Below, in pieces: positions 52,321 to 61,041 of a stretch of DNA of 64,000 nt. Within the stretch, counting starts at the first letter, position 1, and each line of letters opens with the position of its first letter. Made by a program: the position numbers and the translations under genes. The DNA comes from Acidimicrobiales bacterium (GTDB taxonomy: Bacteria > Actinomycetota > Acidimicrobiia > Acidimicrobiales > Aldehydirespiratoraceae): positions 11,978 through 75,977 of the forward strand of contig JAJCXW010000200.1 in the NCBI GenBank assembly GCA_029263235.1. Reading direction: 5' to 3'. The notes under the pieces were generated by a model. The model was not told the DNA's origin and did no database searches. It was given only the letters and a program-made list of their open reading frames with translations.

Positions 52321-53180
52321 GACGCGGCCCAGATCGAACCCAACACGAACATCGCCGACATGAGGACCACGCCGGCATGAGCCGACCACTCGGGAAGGTT
52401 GGCGCGTACCACCCCGATGTAGAGAGCGGCCACCAGTGCTCCGGCGACCAGCCCACCGATGTGGCCCCCGATCGACACGCCCGGAATCAGAAAAGTGAAC
52501 GCCAAGTTGATGAGCATCACCCCACCCAGCCCTGATTGCCAGATGCTGATCCCCGACTTGCGTTGGATGACGATGATCGCGCCGAGCAAACCGAACACTG
52601 CCCCGGACGCCCCGATGGTTGGGGTTTGAGGGCTGACGAGCAGCACTCCCAGCGATCCACCGAGCATCGAAGCGAAATAGAGGCCGACGAAACGCGGCCA
52701 GCCAAGCGCCCGTTCGAGCTGTGGTCCCAGGATCCACAGGGCGAACATGTTGAACCCGATGTGCATGATGCCGTCGTGGAGGAATCCCGAGGTGATCAGT
52801 CGGTAGTACTCGCCTTCATCGACACCAAGACCTTCGACGCTGGTGCCGACCCGTTGGATCGCGGACGCGAACAGCGCACCGTCGCGCAGCGCCTCGTTTC
52901 CGAGCCGCAAGAATGATCCACCCATGTAGACCGAAACGAGGACACCCAGCAGATTGAGGCCGATCAGGATCTTGGTCACGATCGGATCAAATGCGACCGG
53001 ACCACGGATCACCCGTTGCGCTCCAGCTCCGAAACACTCTGGACAATGAAAGCCCACCGATGCCTGGTGCATGCACTCCGTGCAGATCGGTCTGCCGCAT
53101 CGCTGGCAGTTCACTCCTGCCGGACGGTGTTGGTGCCGATAGCAACTCGTGGCATTTGATTCGTCGTTCTGGGATTCCAC
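52296..53180 (-). CDS. Rhomboid-family intramembrane serine protease with an N-terminal zinc ribbon
   Basis: CYRHQ...CQRCGRPICTECM...CPEC, rhomboid HxxxN region (GFLHDGIMHIGFNM), catalytic GASGAVFGL and GGHIGG. Start is GTG 53180 or ATG 53240. Confidence 0.85.
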   Translation of the reverse strand: MESQNDESNATSCYRHQHRPAGVNCQRCGRPICTECMHQASVGFHCPECFGAGAQRVIRGPVAFDPIVTKILIGLNLLGVLVSVYMGGSFLRLGNEALRDGALFASAIQRVGTSVEGLGVDEGEYYRLITSGFLHDGIMHIGFNMFALWILGPQLERALGWPRFVGLYFASMLGGSLGVLLVSPQTPTIGASGAVFGLLGAIIVIQRKSGISIWQSGLGGVMLINLAFTFLIPGVSIGGHIGGLVAGALVAALYIGVVRANLPEWSAHAGVVLMSAMFVLGSIWAASQWADPIF

Positions 53181-53199
53181 GCCGCCGACAGTACCGGCG

Positions 53200-55827
53200 A
53201 TGAGGGACTCAGGCGCGGGTCTGGTTTCAGCGGCGACCATCGATCCGGCTGTAGGTTCGGAGACCGTGGAACACGCCGCTTTGTTCACCGAGCAACTCGA
53301 GGACCGCCTCGACCAGTTGGCGCGCACTCCGATGCTGCTCGTGGCCTGCGACTACGACGGCACGATTGCTCCGATAGTCGACGACCCGATGAAGGCCCTT
53401 CCTCTTCGCGAGACCGCGGTTGCACTTCGCAACATCGCCAACCTCCCCCACACCCACGTAGCCGTGATCTCCGGCCGGTCGCTCCGCGATCTCGCCGCTC
53501 TGTCCCGCCTTCCCGTCGAGATCCATCTCGTGGGATCCCACGGCACCGAATTCGACATCGACTTCGCGCTCGACCTCGATCCCGGGCTACGGGAGAAACG
53601 CCACGATCTGGTTGCCGGGCTCCACGACGCCTGTGACGAATTCGAAGGAGTCACGCTCGAGAAGAAGCCGACATCGGTGGCTGTTCACTACCGAATGGTG
53701 TCCGACAGCAAGGTGGAGGCGTTGCTGGAGAGAGTTGCTGGCGTGGCCGACATGATCGGCGATGTCACCGTCAGGCACGCCAAGATGGTCTGCGAACTCC
53801 TCTTGGTGCCAACCGACAAGGGTGAGGCCCTCGCCACGGTGAGAGGAACCGTAGGCGCCAACGCCGTCATGTTCCTCGGCGACGACATAACCGACGAGGA
53901 CGCGTTCGCCACCCTCCACGGCCCCGATATGGGGGTGAAGGTGGGAGATGGCGACACGTCGGCTCCCTACCGGATCGATTCGCCTCAGGATGTCGCGGTG
54001 CTGCTGGCGACACTGTGCGCCAAGCGAGCCGATTGGCTCGCCGGGGCCGGCGTCACCCCGATCGAGGCTCACTCGTTGCTGTCGGACCAGCGAACTGCAG
54101 CTCTGGTCACCCCCGACGCCCGAATCTCCTGGATGTGCGTTCCCAGGATCGATTCATCAGCCATCTTCGCCGAACTCCTCGGTGGGCCCGGAGCAGGCCA
54201 CTTCTCGGTCGAGGCCACCGGCACCAACTCGGCACCAGTGCAGACCTACGCCGGCGATTCGCTCGTGCTCCAGACCTCTTGGCCCGACGTCAAGGTCACC
54301 GACTATCTCGATTGCTCCGATGGCCGGCCCGACCGGATCTCGGGCCGCACCGACCTGGTACGGGTGATCGAGGGTGACGGCACGGCACGGATCGAATTCG
54401 CTCCCCGGCTCGACTTCGGCAGATTCCCCACTCAGCTCGAAGTTCGTGAAGGTGGCCTCGAAGTCGTCAATGCCACCGACCTGGTGGTTCTGAGATCACC
54501 GGGGGTCAGTTGGACGGTCGAGGACGCCGGTGTGCATCAGACCGCTTGGGCCGAAGTCGACCTCTCGGCCGGCTCCGTGACGCTCGAACTCAGATGCGGC
54601 ACGGCATCCATGCGCCCCGACCACAGCGACGAACAAACCCGCCGCAACTCCACCTCCGCCTACTGGTCCGACTGGGTCGATCGCCTCGACATTCCGGAAT
54701 CGGCCTCCGATCTCGTGCGCCGCTCCGCCCTCACTCTGAAGGCCCTCTGCTACGGGCCCACTGGAGCGATTCTCGCCGCTCCCACCACCAGTCTCCCCGA
54801 GTTCCTCGGAGGAGTTCGCAACTGGGACTACCGCTACTGCTGGATCCGCGATGCCTCACTAACCGCGGGTGCGTTGGTGAGGCTCGGGTCGATCGGCGAG
54901 GCCATGAATCTCCTCGACTGGCTGCTCCAGGTTCTCGAGACCATCGACACCGGACCGGAGAGACTCTCACCGCTCTATACCGTCAACGGCCACCAACTCC
55001 CGCCCGAAGCCACCATCGAAGAGCTTCCCGGATACGCGGGCTCTCGCCCCGTGAGAGTCGGAAACGCCGCCGATCACCAGGTCCAGCTCGACGTGTTCGG
55101 ACCGGTCGTCGATCTCATTCACCGCCTCGGAGAGGTCGACGCTCCGCTGTCGGCCCGACACTGGCGACTCGTCGAAGATCTGGTTGGCGCGGTGCGGCAA
55201 CGTTGGTCCGAGCCCGATCAGGGCATCTGGGAGATCAGAGCGGCCCCCCGACACCACGTCTACTCAAAGGTCATGTGTTGGGTCACCGTCGATCGGGCCG
55301 TTCATGTGGCCGAAAACGTGTTCGGTCGTGAACGCCCCGAGTGGAAAACGCTCCGCGATCTGATTGCCGACGACATCCTTCACAACGGGTGGAAGGAAGA
55401 GGTCGGAGCATTCACGGCCGCCTACGACGGCACCGACCTCGATGCCTCGGTTCTCATGGTCGGCCTGTCGGGTCTGGTCAAGCCCGACGATCCGAGATTC
55501 CAGTCGACCGTCGCTGCGGTCGAAGCCTCTCTCGGCGAAGGTCCGACTGTCTACCGCTACCGCCACGACGACGGTTTGCCGGGGAAGGAGGGCGGGTTCA
55601 ACATGATGACCTCGTGGCTCATCGACTCGAAGATCCTGATCGGCGACACGGCCGACGCCAGAGTTCTGTTCGAGCAACTCGTCGAACTGGCCGGGCCCAC
55701 CGGGTTGATGGCCGAAGAATACGATCCGGTGACCAGACGGGCACTGGGCAACCATCCTCAGGCCTACTCCCACCTGGGCTTGGTGCACAACGCCTGCAAC
55801 CTGAACGGCGCCCGGATCAGAGACTGA
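53200..55827 (+). CDS. Fusion protein: trehalose-6-phosphate phosphatase (HAD-IIB, OtsB) plus a GH15 glucoamylase/trehalase-like domain
   Basis: HAD motifs LLVACDYDGT, VISGRS, KPTSVAVHY, FLGDDITDEDAF. GH15 blocks follow: VRNWDYRYCWIRDASLT and LMAEEYDPVTRRALGNHPQAYSHLGLV. Start is uncertain (53149 or 53200). Confidence 0.85.
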   Translation: MRDSGAGLVSAATIDPAVGSETVEHAALFTEQLEDRLDQLARTPMLLVACDYDGTIAPIVDDPMKALPLRETAVALRNIANLPHTHVAVISGRSLRDLAALSRLPVEIHLVGSHGTEFDIDFALDLDPGLREKRHDLVAGLHDACDEFEGVTLEKKPTSVAVHYRMVSDSKVEALLERVAGVADMIGDVTVRHAKMVCELLLVPTDKGEALATVRGTVGANAVMFLGDDITDEDAFATLHGPDMGVKVGDGDTSAPYRIDSPQDVAVLLATLCAKRADWLAGAGVTPIEAHSLLSDQRTAALVTPDARISWMCVPRIDSSAIFAELLGGPGAGHFSVEATGTNSAPVQTYAGDSLVLQTSWPDVKVTDYLDCSDGRPDRISGRTDLVRVIEGDGTARIEFAPRLDFGRFPTQLEVREGGLEVVNATDLVVLRSPGVSWTVEDAGVHQTAWAEVDLSAGSVTLELRCGTASMRPDHSDEQTRRNSTSAYWSDWVDRLDIPESASDLVRRSALTLKALCYGPTGAILAAPTTSLPEFLGGVRNWDYRYCWIRDASLTAGALVRLGSIGEAMNLLDWLLQVLETIDTGPERLSPLYTVNGHQLPPEATIEELPGYAGSRPVRVGNAADHQVQLDVFGPVVDLIHRLGEVDAPLSARHWRLVEDLVGAVRQRWSEPDQGIWEIRAAPRHHVYSKVMCWVTVDRAVHVAENVFGRERPEWKTLRDLIADDILHNGWKEEVGAFTAAYDGTDLDASVLMVGLSGLVKPDDPRFQSTVAAVEASLGEGPTVYRYRHDDGLPGKEGGFNMMTSWLIDSKILIGDTADARVLFEQLVELAGPTGLMAEEYDPVTRRALGNHPQAYSHLGLVHNACNLNGARIRD

Positions 55828-56077
55828 CGGGACTCTCGCTCATGCCCACGGAGTTGATCTCGATCACCTCTGTGACTCCATCGACACGGTCTTTCATGAT
55901 TCGCTCTATGCCGGCCTTGAGTGTCTGGGTCGATGCCGGACAGGTCACACAGGCTCCCTGGAGCTCAACGGTGACCACGCCGGTCGTCTCGTCCACATCG
56001 ATCAACTGGATGTCGCCCGCATCGGCCTGAATCGCCGGCCGGATCACTGCGATCACCTTCTCGACCTTCTCACGCAC
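55817..56077 (-). CDS. NifU C-terminal-domain (Nfu-type) Fe-S cluster carrier
   Basis: IRPAIQADAGDIQLIDV...VTVELQGACVTCPAS (CxxC). Confidence 0.85.
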   Translation of the reverse strand: MREKVEKVIAVIRPAIQADAGDIQLIDVDETTGVVTVELQGACVTCPASTQTLKAGIERIMKDRVDGVTEVIEINSVGMSESPVSL

Positions 56078-56119
56078 GTTGATCTCCGAGGGTTCTGTCG
56101 GGATTGACCCGGGCTGACA

Positions 56120-56356
56120 TTGTCGCAGCTGATGGCCTCAACGCCGACGCCCCACCGCGCATTCCACCCCTATGCTGCAGCGGTGGATGCGAGCGCTTCG
56201 GTCACAGCCGTGATGTTGGCCCACGCGGGCGGATGGGACGAACTGGCCCTGGTGGTAGTACCGCTGGCGGTGTTCAGCCTTCTGCTGCTGGTGGCCCGCA
56301 ATCGGGCCCGAACCATTGCTGATGCCCAAGCCTCGCCGCCGCTCGAAGAGGATTGA
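56120..56356 (+). CDS. Possible small single-TM protein
   Basis: Only ORF filling the nifU-murA gap. TM LALVVVPLAVFSLLLLVA followed by RNRAR. The start is very uncertain. Confidence 0.3.
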   Translation: MSQLMASTPTPHRAFHPYAAAVDASASVTAVMLAHAGGWDELALVVVPLAVFSLLLLVARNRARTIADAQASPPLEED

Positions 56357-56383
56357 GACTCTGACCATCGGGTCGAGTTGCAT

Positions 56384-57652
56384 TCACTCAGCAACGACAT
56401 TGGCGCCCAGCCCCGAGAGCTTTCCGGCGAGGTCTTCGTAGCCCCTCGCAATGTGTTCGGCGTCGGAGACGATCGTGGACCCCTCGGCCCCCAGACCGGC
56501 AACCACAAGCGCGGCGCCCGCACGAATGTCGTGGGCCTTCACCGGCGCACCGGACAATCGCTCGACCCCGCGCACCACAGCATGGTGGGTGTCGGTGCGG
56601 ATGTCGGCACCCATGCGTCGGAGTTCGTCGACATAGCGGAAGCGGCCGGCAAACAGATTCTCGGTGACGATTCCCACGCCTTCGGTGGTGGACAGCAGAG
56701 CCACGAGGAACGGCATGAAGTCGGTGGCCAGACCCGGATACGGAAGGGTCGGGCAATCCACCGATCGCAGTCGCGGCGGAGCGAGAACCCACAGTCCGTC
56801 GGCATCGCTCGAGATTCGCATGCCCATCTCGCCGAGCTTTTCGCAGAGCATCGCCATGTGCTCATGGCGAGCGTCCTTGATCGTGATCTCGCCACCGGTG
56901 GTGCCAACGGCCGCCAGATAGGTGGCGGTCTCGACCCGATCGGGGATCACACAATGGTCGGCGGCGTGCATCTCCCCAACTCCATCGATCGTCAGGGTGG
57001 GCGACCCCGATCCGATCACGCTGGCCCCCATCTTGTTGAGGAGCTCACAGAGATCGGCGATCTCAGGTTCGCGAGCCGCGTTCTCGATCACGGTGACGCC
57101 TTCGGCCAGAACCGCAGCCATCAAGATGTTCTCGGTGGCTCCAACACTCGGAAACTCGAGCTTGATCCGAGATCCGACCAACCGATCGGTGGTCGCCTGG
57201 ATGTAGCCGTGGACCGTCTCGAACTCCGCTCCGAGCTCTCGGAGGCCACTCACGTGCATGTCGATCGGTCGGGGCCCGAAGTCGTCGCCACCGGGAAGAG
57301 CCACCCGAGCTTCATGGCATCGACCAAGGAGCGGGCCGAGAACGACGATGGACGCACGGAACTTCTCGACCAACTCGTAAGGGGCGACCGGTTCGATCTC
57401 GGCAGGAACCTCGATGACCAGGTCGGGGGTCGGTTCGGCTTCTTCCCACCCGACGGTGCATCCCGTGGCCCGCAGGACGTCGGCCATGAGCGCTACATCA
57501 GTGATCTGGGGGATGTTGCAGAAACGGTAGGTCCCTTCCGCCAACAGAGCCGCTGCCATCAGTTTCAGGGCCGAGTTCTTTGCCCCACCAACTCGCACCA
57601 CGCCCTCGAGGGGCTGTCCGCCGGTGACGATCAATCGGGAGAAGGGGCTCAT
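56384..57652 (-). CDS. murA: UDP-N-acetylglucosamine 1-carboxyvinyltransferase (Asp-type active site)
   Basis: VGGAKNSALKLMAAALL. The active-site loop LPGGDDFGPRPIDMH has Asp where E. coli has Cys115. Confidence 0.93.
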   Translation of the reverse strand: MSPFSRLIVTGGQPLEGVVRVGGAKNSALKLMAAALLAEGTYRFCNIPQITDVALMADVLRATGCTVGWEEAEPTPDLVIEVPAEIEPVAPYELVEKFRASIVVLGPLLGRCHEARVALPGGDDFGPRPIDMHVSGLRELGAEFETVHGYIQATTDRLVGSRIKLEFPSVGATENILMAAVLAEGVTVIENAAREPEIADLCELLNKMGASVIGSGSPTLTIDGVGEMHAADHCVIPDRVETATYLAAVGTTGGEITIKDARHEHMAMLCEKLGEMGMRISSDADGLWVLAPPRLRSVDCPTLPYPGLATDFMPFLVALLSTTEGVGIVTENLFAGRFRYVDELRRMGADIRTDTHHAVVRGVERLSGAPVKAHDIRAGAALVVAGLGAEGSTIVSDAEHIARGYEDLAGKLSGLGANVVAE

Positions 57653-57712
57653 CGAGGCCGGGTCGCTATTGGACATCATTCGAAGTCTGCCAGACAACAG
57701 CACCCGTTCGGT

Positions 57713-58027
57713 TCAACCGGCAACAACACGCAGGGTCGCCGTGGCTGCCATGGCCGCCACCACCACAACCACGAACGGGGCTCTGCGGCTCACCGCCACC
57801 ACCGATACCAGTAGGCCGCCGAGGCGAGCATCGATGCTGATGCTCTGATCCGAGCCCAGCGTCTGCACGACTATCAGCGCCGCGAACAACGCCGCCGGGA
57901 TGAGAGCCGTCAACTCCGCCATCCGGCCGGCAACACGTCCGGTTCGATGGCCCGCCAGTCCGAACACGCCGAGGACCTTGAAGCCATAGGCCCCCGCTAT
58001 CAGGACGGAGATCATGAGCCAGCTCAT
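57713..58027 (-). CDS. azlD: Branched-chain amino acid exporter small subunit AzlD
   Basis: 104-aa, 3-4 TM, ATGA overlap with azlC. The track ORF (176 aa) was trimmed. Confidence 0.75.
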   Translation of the reverse strand: MSWLMISVLIAGAYGFKVLGVFGLAGHRTGRVAGRMAELTALIPAALFAALIVVQTLGSDQSISIDARLGGLLVSVVAVSRRAPFVVVVVAAMAATATLRVVAG

Positions 58028-58704
58028 GGTTTGGTGCCGTTTGCGGTGGCACGGGTCGCGAGGATCGAGACCGGAACGACCGCCGTGGCCGCGACCAAGA
58101 GCGGAACTCCGGCCGGGGTGAGCGGTATCGCCACGATCGCCAGCCCGGCTCCGCCAAGGGCCGCGAATCGTCCCGGCGACGAGCGAAGATGGGGCACGAT
58201 CAATGCCACGAAAGCTGCCGGAAACGCTGCGTCGAGTCCCCACGTCTCGGGCTCACCCAATACCGATCCGATCAGGGATCCACCGACCGATCCGACGGCC
58301 CAGAACGACCAGAGCCACAAGCCCGTCCACCAGAAAGCGTCGCCGGCATCGTCTGAGGTGTCCTGAACCGAAGACATGGCCGTGGTCTCGTCGATGACGA
58401 AATGGGCACCCAACAGACGCCCGGCTGTGCTGCGAGGCATGCCTCGGGCCACGACCGGCCCGTAGAGGGCATTGCGAGCGGCCAGAAGCATCGCCGAACC
58501 AACCGCGGCGGCTCCCGATCCTCCTCCATCGATCACGCTCACCGCGGCGAACTGCGACGCTCCGGTGAATACGAGAGCCGACATGGCGACGACCTTCGCC
58601 AGCGACAATCCGGCAGCGTCGGCCAACACCCCGAAGGTGATGCCCACGATGCCCACGGCCACCGCCAGTACGAAGCCCTCCGATCGGTGGCTCGTCAGGG
58701 CCAC
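58024..58704 (-). CDS. azlC: AzlC-family branched-chain amino acid exporter
   Basis: GITFGVLADAAGLS..., FTGASQFAAV are typical AzlC blocks. The GTG at 58704 overlaps the upstream stop by 10 nt. Confidence 0.8.
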   Translation of the reverse strand: MALTSHRSEGFVLAVAVGIVGITFGVLADAAGLSLAKVVAMSALVFTGASQFAAVSVIDGGGSGAAAVGSAMLLAARNALYGPVVARGMPRSTAGRLLGAHFVIDETTAMSSVQDTSDDAGDAFWWTGLWLWSFWAVGSVGGSLIGSVLGEPETWGLDAAFPAAFVALIVPHLRSSPGRFAALGGAGLAIVAIPLTPAGVPLLVAATAVVPVSILATRATANGTKP

Positions 58705-59318
58705 GACAAGGCGGCACCGAGGCCGCTCACGAGCTCGAACAACTCGTCGCTGCAAGCATCGAAGACGTCCTGCTCGCCCGAAGCCGGATCGATGACCTCT
58801 TCCCAGTCCTCGATCACGTGGCCGCCGAGACCCAACGCCGCAATCCGCTCATCGAAGGCCTCGCGACTCAGGGGACGCGTCCCGGGCTCGAGGTTCTCGA
58901 CCACGCGACTCATGCTCGACGTGATGGCCAGACCCTCGGGATGGGTTCTCTGCATCCAGACCCGATGAAGAGGTTCCATCGCCAGAATCAGGCTCGCACG
59001 CGATACGTCGCCTTCGTCGAGTTGGTGGCTGCGATGCCACGGATCCTTCAAGCCGTGGCGATCGAGCGCTCTGCGAGTCCGAACGCTCATCGGCTGGCCG
59101 GGCAGAACATGGGTTCCGCCGCTGGAGATCATGAACCCGGACTCTTCTCCCAGGATCTGGCGGAGCATCGCCGCGGCCATCACCGACCGCGCAGCGTTGC
59201 CGGTGCAGAGAAACACGATCATCGGAGCAGTGCCGTCGTCGTCGACCTCACGGTTGATCGCCCGGAGCGCCTCCGCTATCGGATTCGACAATCGCTGTTG
59301 GGGATCGACTGGACTCAT
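58695..59318 (-). CDS. Low-molecular-weight phosphotyrosine phosphatase / ArsC-like protein
   Basis: P-loop VFLCTGNAARS (CX5R-S). Extra ~70-aa C-terminal region. Confidence 0.75.
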   Translation of the reverse strand: MSPVDPQQRLSNPIAEALRAINREVDDDGTAPMIVFLCTGNAARSVMAAAMLRQILGEESGFMISSGGTHVLPGQPMSVRTRRALDRHGLKDPWHRSHQLDEGDVSRASLILAMEPLHRVWMQRTHPEGLAITSSMSRVVENLEPGTRPLSREAFDERIAALGLGGHVIEDWEEVIDPASGEQDVFDACSDELFELVSGLGAALSWP

Positions 59319-59330
59319 GACTCGACGATT

Positions 59331-60044
59331 CTAGGCGGAGGGGTCCGGAGTCGAAGGAGGTGCCGTGTTCGGAGCCGACCCGGATGCTCGGCCTCGCATC
59401 GACCTTTCCATCCCGGCGAAGTCGACGCGAAGGAACACCGCTTCGGCCTCCGCTGTGAGCAACTCACGAGTCGAACCTGACGATGCCCCGGACCCGTGGA
59501 CCCGACAGTCGGCGCGCATCACCAGCCTCCGTTGGCGATCGTCGTGGACCCAGGATCGAAACTCCAGCTCCTCGCCGAGTGGAGTCGGCTTGCGGAACCT
59601 CACCACCAACCGACCAGTCACTCCGCCGGGCTTTCCGGTCAGACGCTGAGCAGCTCCGAGCATCTCATCGAACAGCCCGGCCACTACTCCCCCGTGGGTG
59701 GTGTGGGGCGGACCTTCGCGGAGCCGATCGAGCCTCACCCGGCCGATGAGAGCGGGCCGCCCGTCGTCGAGTTCGCCCATCGAGAAGTCGAGCGGCGGAG
59801 CCACGGCATTCAGGTCGCCGCTGAAGGGCGACAGGTCTCGGTTGCGGGCCTTCGTGGATTCTGACTGGTCGGACTCCTCGTACCATCGAAGCCGCTTGTC
59901 GCCTCGAGCCAATAGCTCACCGGCAGCCCGGAGATGGGCCAGGGCCTCGGTGCGGTCTTCCACACCGGCCTCATGGCCGTGGAGACAGGCGGCGAGCGAA
60001 CGCAACTCGGCAGCCAGCGCCGCTGATTCAGGATTCGTCGACAT
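59331..60044 (-). CDS. PaaI/hotdog-fold thioesterase with an N-terminal helical extension
   Basis: HGGVVAGLFDEMLG hotdog motif. ATG at 60044. The 429-aa track ORF is an upstream extension. Confidence 0.7.
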   Translation of the reverse strand: MSTNPESAALAAELRSLAACLHGHEAGVEDRTEALAHLRAAGELLARGDKRLRWYEESDQSESTKARNRDLSPFSGDLNAVAPPLDFSMGELDDGRPALIGRVRLDRLREGPPHTTHGGVVAGLFDEMLGAAQRLTGKPGGVTGRLVVRFRKPTPLGEELEFRSWVHDDRQRRLVMRADCRVHGSGASSGSTRELLTAEAEAVFLRVDFAGMERSMRGRASGSAPNTAPPSTPDPSA

Positions 60045-60164
60045 GCCACGGAGCGTAGGCCGACACCCGCTGCGTGGGACACCGGCTTCGATGCCGCTAG
60101 CCTGCTGCGCCGGTCGCTGCCCCGGCCGATTCAATGATCTCAACCCTCCTGCGAGGATTCCGAC

Positions 60165-61034
60165 ATGTTTGCGCGACTCAAATACGCGATGGCCGCTCTG
60201 GTCACCACGGCCGTGATCCTTCCGGCCATTCCAGCCTCCGCCGGCACCACCAGTGGGTTCGGCGACGTGGCCGACAATGCCTACTTCACCACCCCGATCA
60301 CTTGGCTCAACGACACCGGCATCACGAGTGGCGTGGAGTCGGGATGCTTCGGCCCGTTCGATGTGGTCACGCGAGGCCAGATAGCAGTGTTCCTCTTCGG
60401 GCTCGACCGGACCCTCGGCAACGCCCCAATCGCGGGACCCAATCCGTTCAAGGATGTCCGGGCCGACTATCAGATCGGTCCGGTTGGATGGCTGGCCGCT
60501 TCGAATATCACGAGCGGCGTCACGGTCGACACGTTCGAACCCGAGGCACCGATCACACGCGGCGACTTCGCGGCGCTGCTGTGGGCATACGCCGGTCAAC
60601 CCGAAGGCGCCCCCCGTCACAGTTTCATCGATGTCACTGCCTCCTACCAGCAGGCGCCGATCTCGTGGATGGCCCAGCGGGGCATCACCAAGGGCACGAC
60701 AACTGAGACATTCAGTCCCAATGGGTTGGTCAGCCGCGCCGAGGCCGCGACGTTCCTCTTCAACTACGCGTCGCCGACTTCGGTCCAGCCGGTCGGCACA
60801 TCATCAGACTGTCCCCGACCGCTGCGAAACGCTCTCATCTCGGCCGGACTGACCGTGGACGAGGCGACCTGCGCTACCCCTCATCTCAAGGAATTCTCGG
60901 TGGAATACCTCACCCAGGTCGTCAGCGGGGAAATCCCACCCACCACATCGCTGCTGGATGCACTTGTCACGATCCAGTCCAACGGGTGTCTCACCACCGA
61001 ACGGGTGGTCGAGCTCGTGCAGGCCTACTTCTGA
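60165..61034 (+). CDS. Secreted protein with three N-terminal SLH domains and a Cys-containing C-terminal domain
   Basis: Signal peptide ...AVILPAIPASA. SLH units begin FGDVADNAYF, FKDVRADYQI and FIDVTASYQQ, each with W....GIT.G....F.P....R. Confidence 0.8.
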   Translation: MFARLKYAMAALVTTAVILPAIPASAGTTSGFGDVADNAYFTTPITWLNDTGITSGVESGCFGPFDVVTRGQIAVFLFGLDRTLGNAPIAGPNPFKDVRADYQIGPVGWLAASNITSGVTVDTFEPEAPITRGDFAALLWAYAGQPEGAPRHSFIDVTASYQQAPISWMAQRGITKGTTTETFSPNGLVSRAEAATFLFNYASPTSVQPVGTSSDCPRPLRNALISAGLTVDEATCATPHLKEFSVEYLTQVVSGEIPPTTSLLDALVTIQSNGCLTTERVVELVQAYF

Positions 61035-61041
61035 CGTCTGG

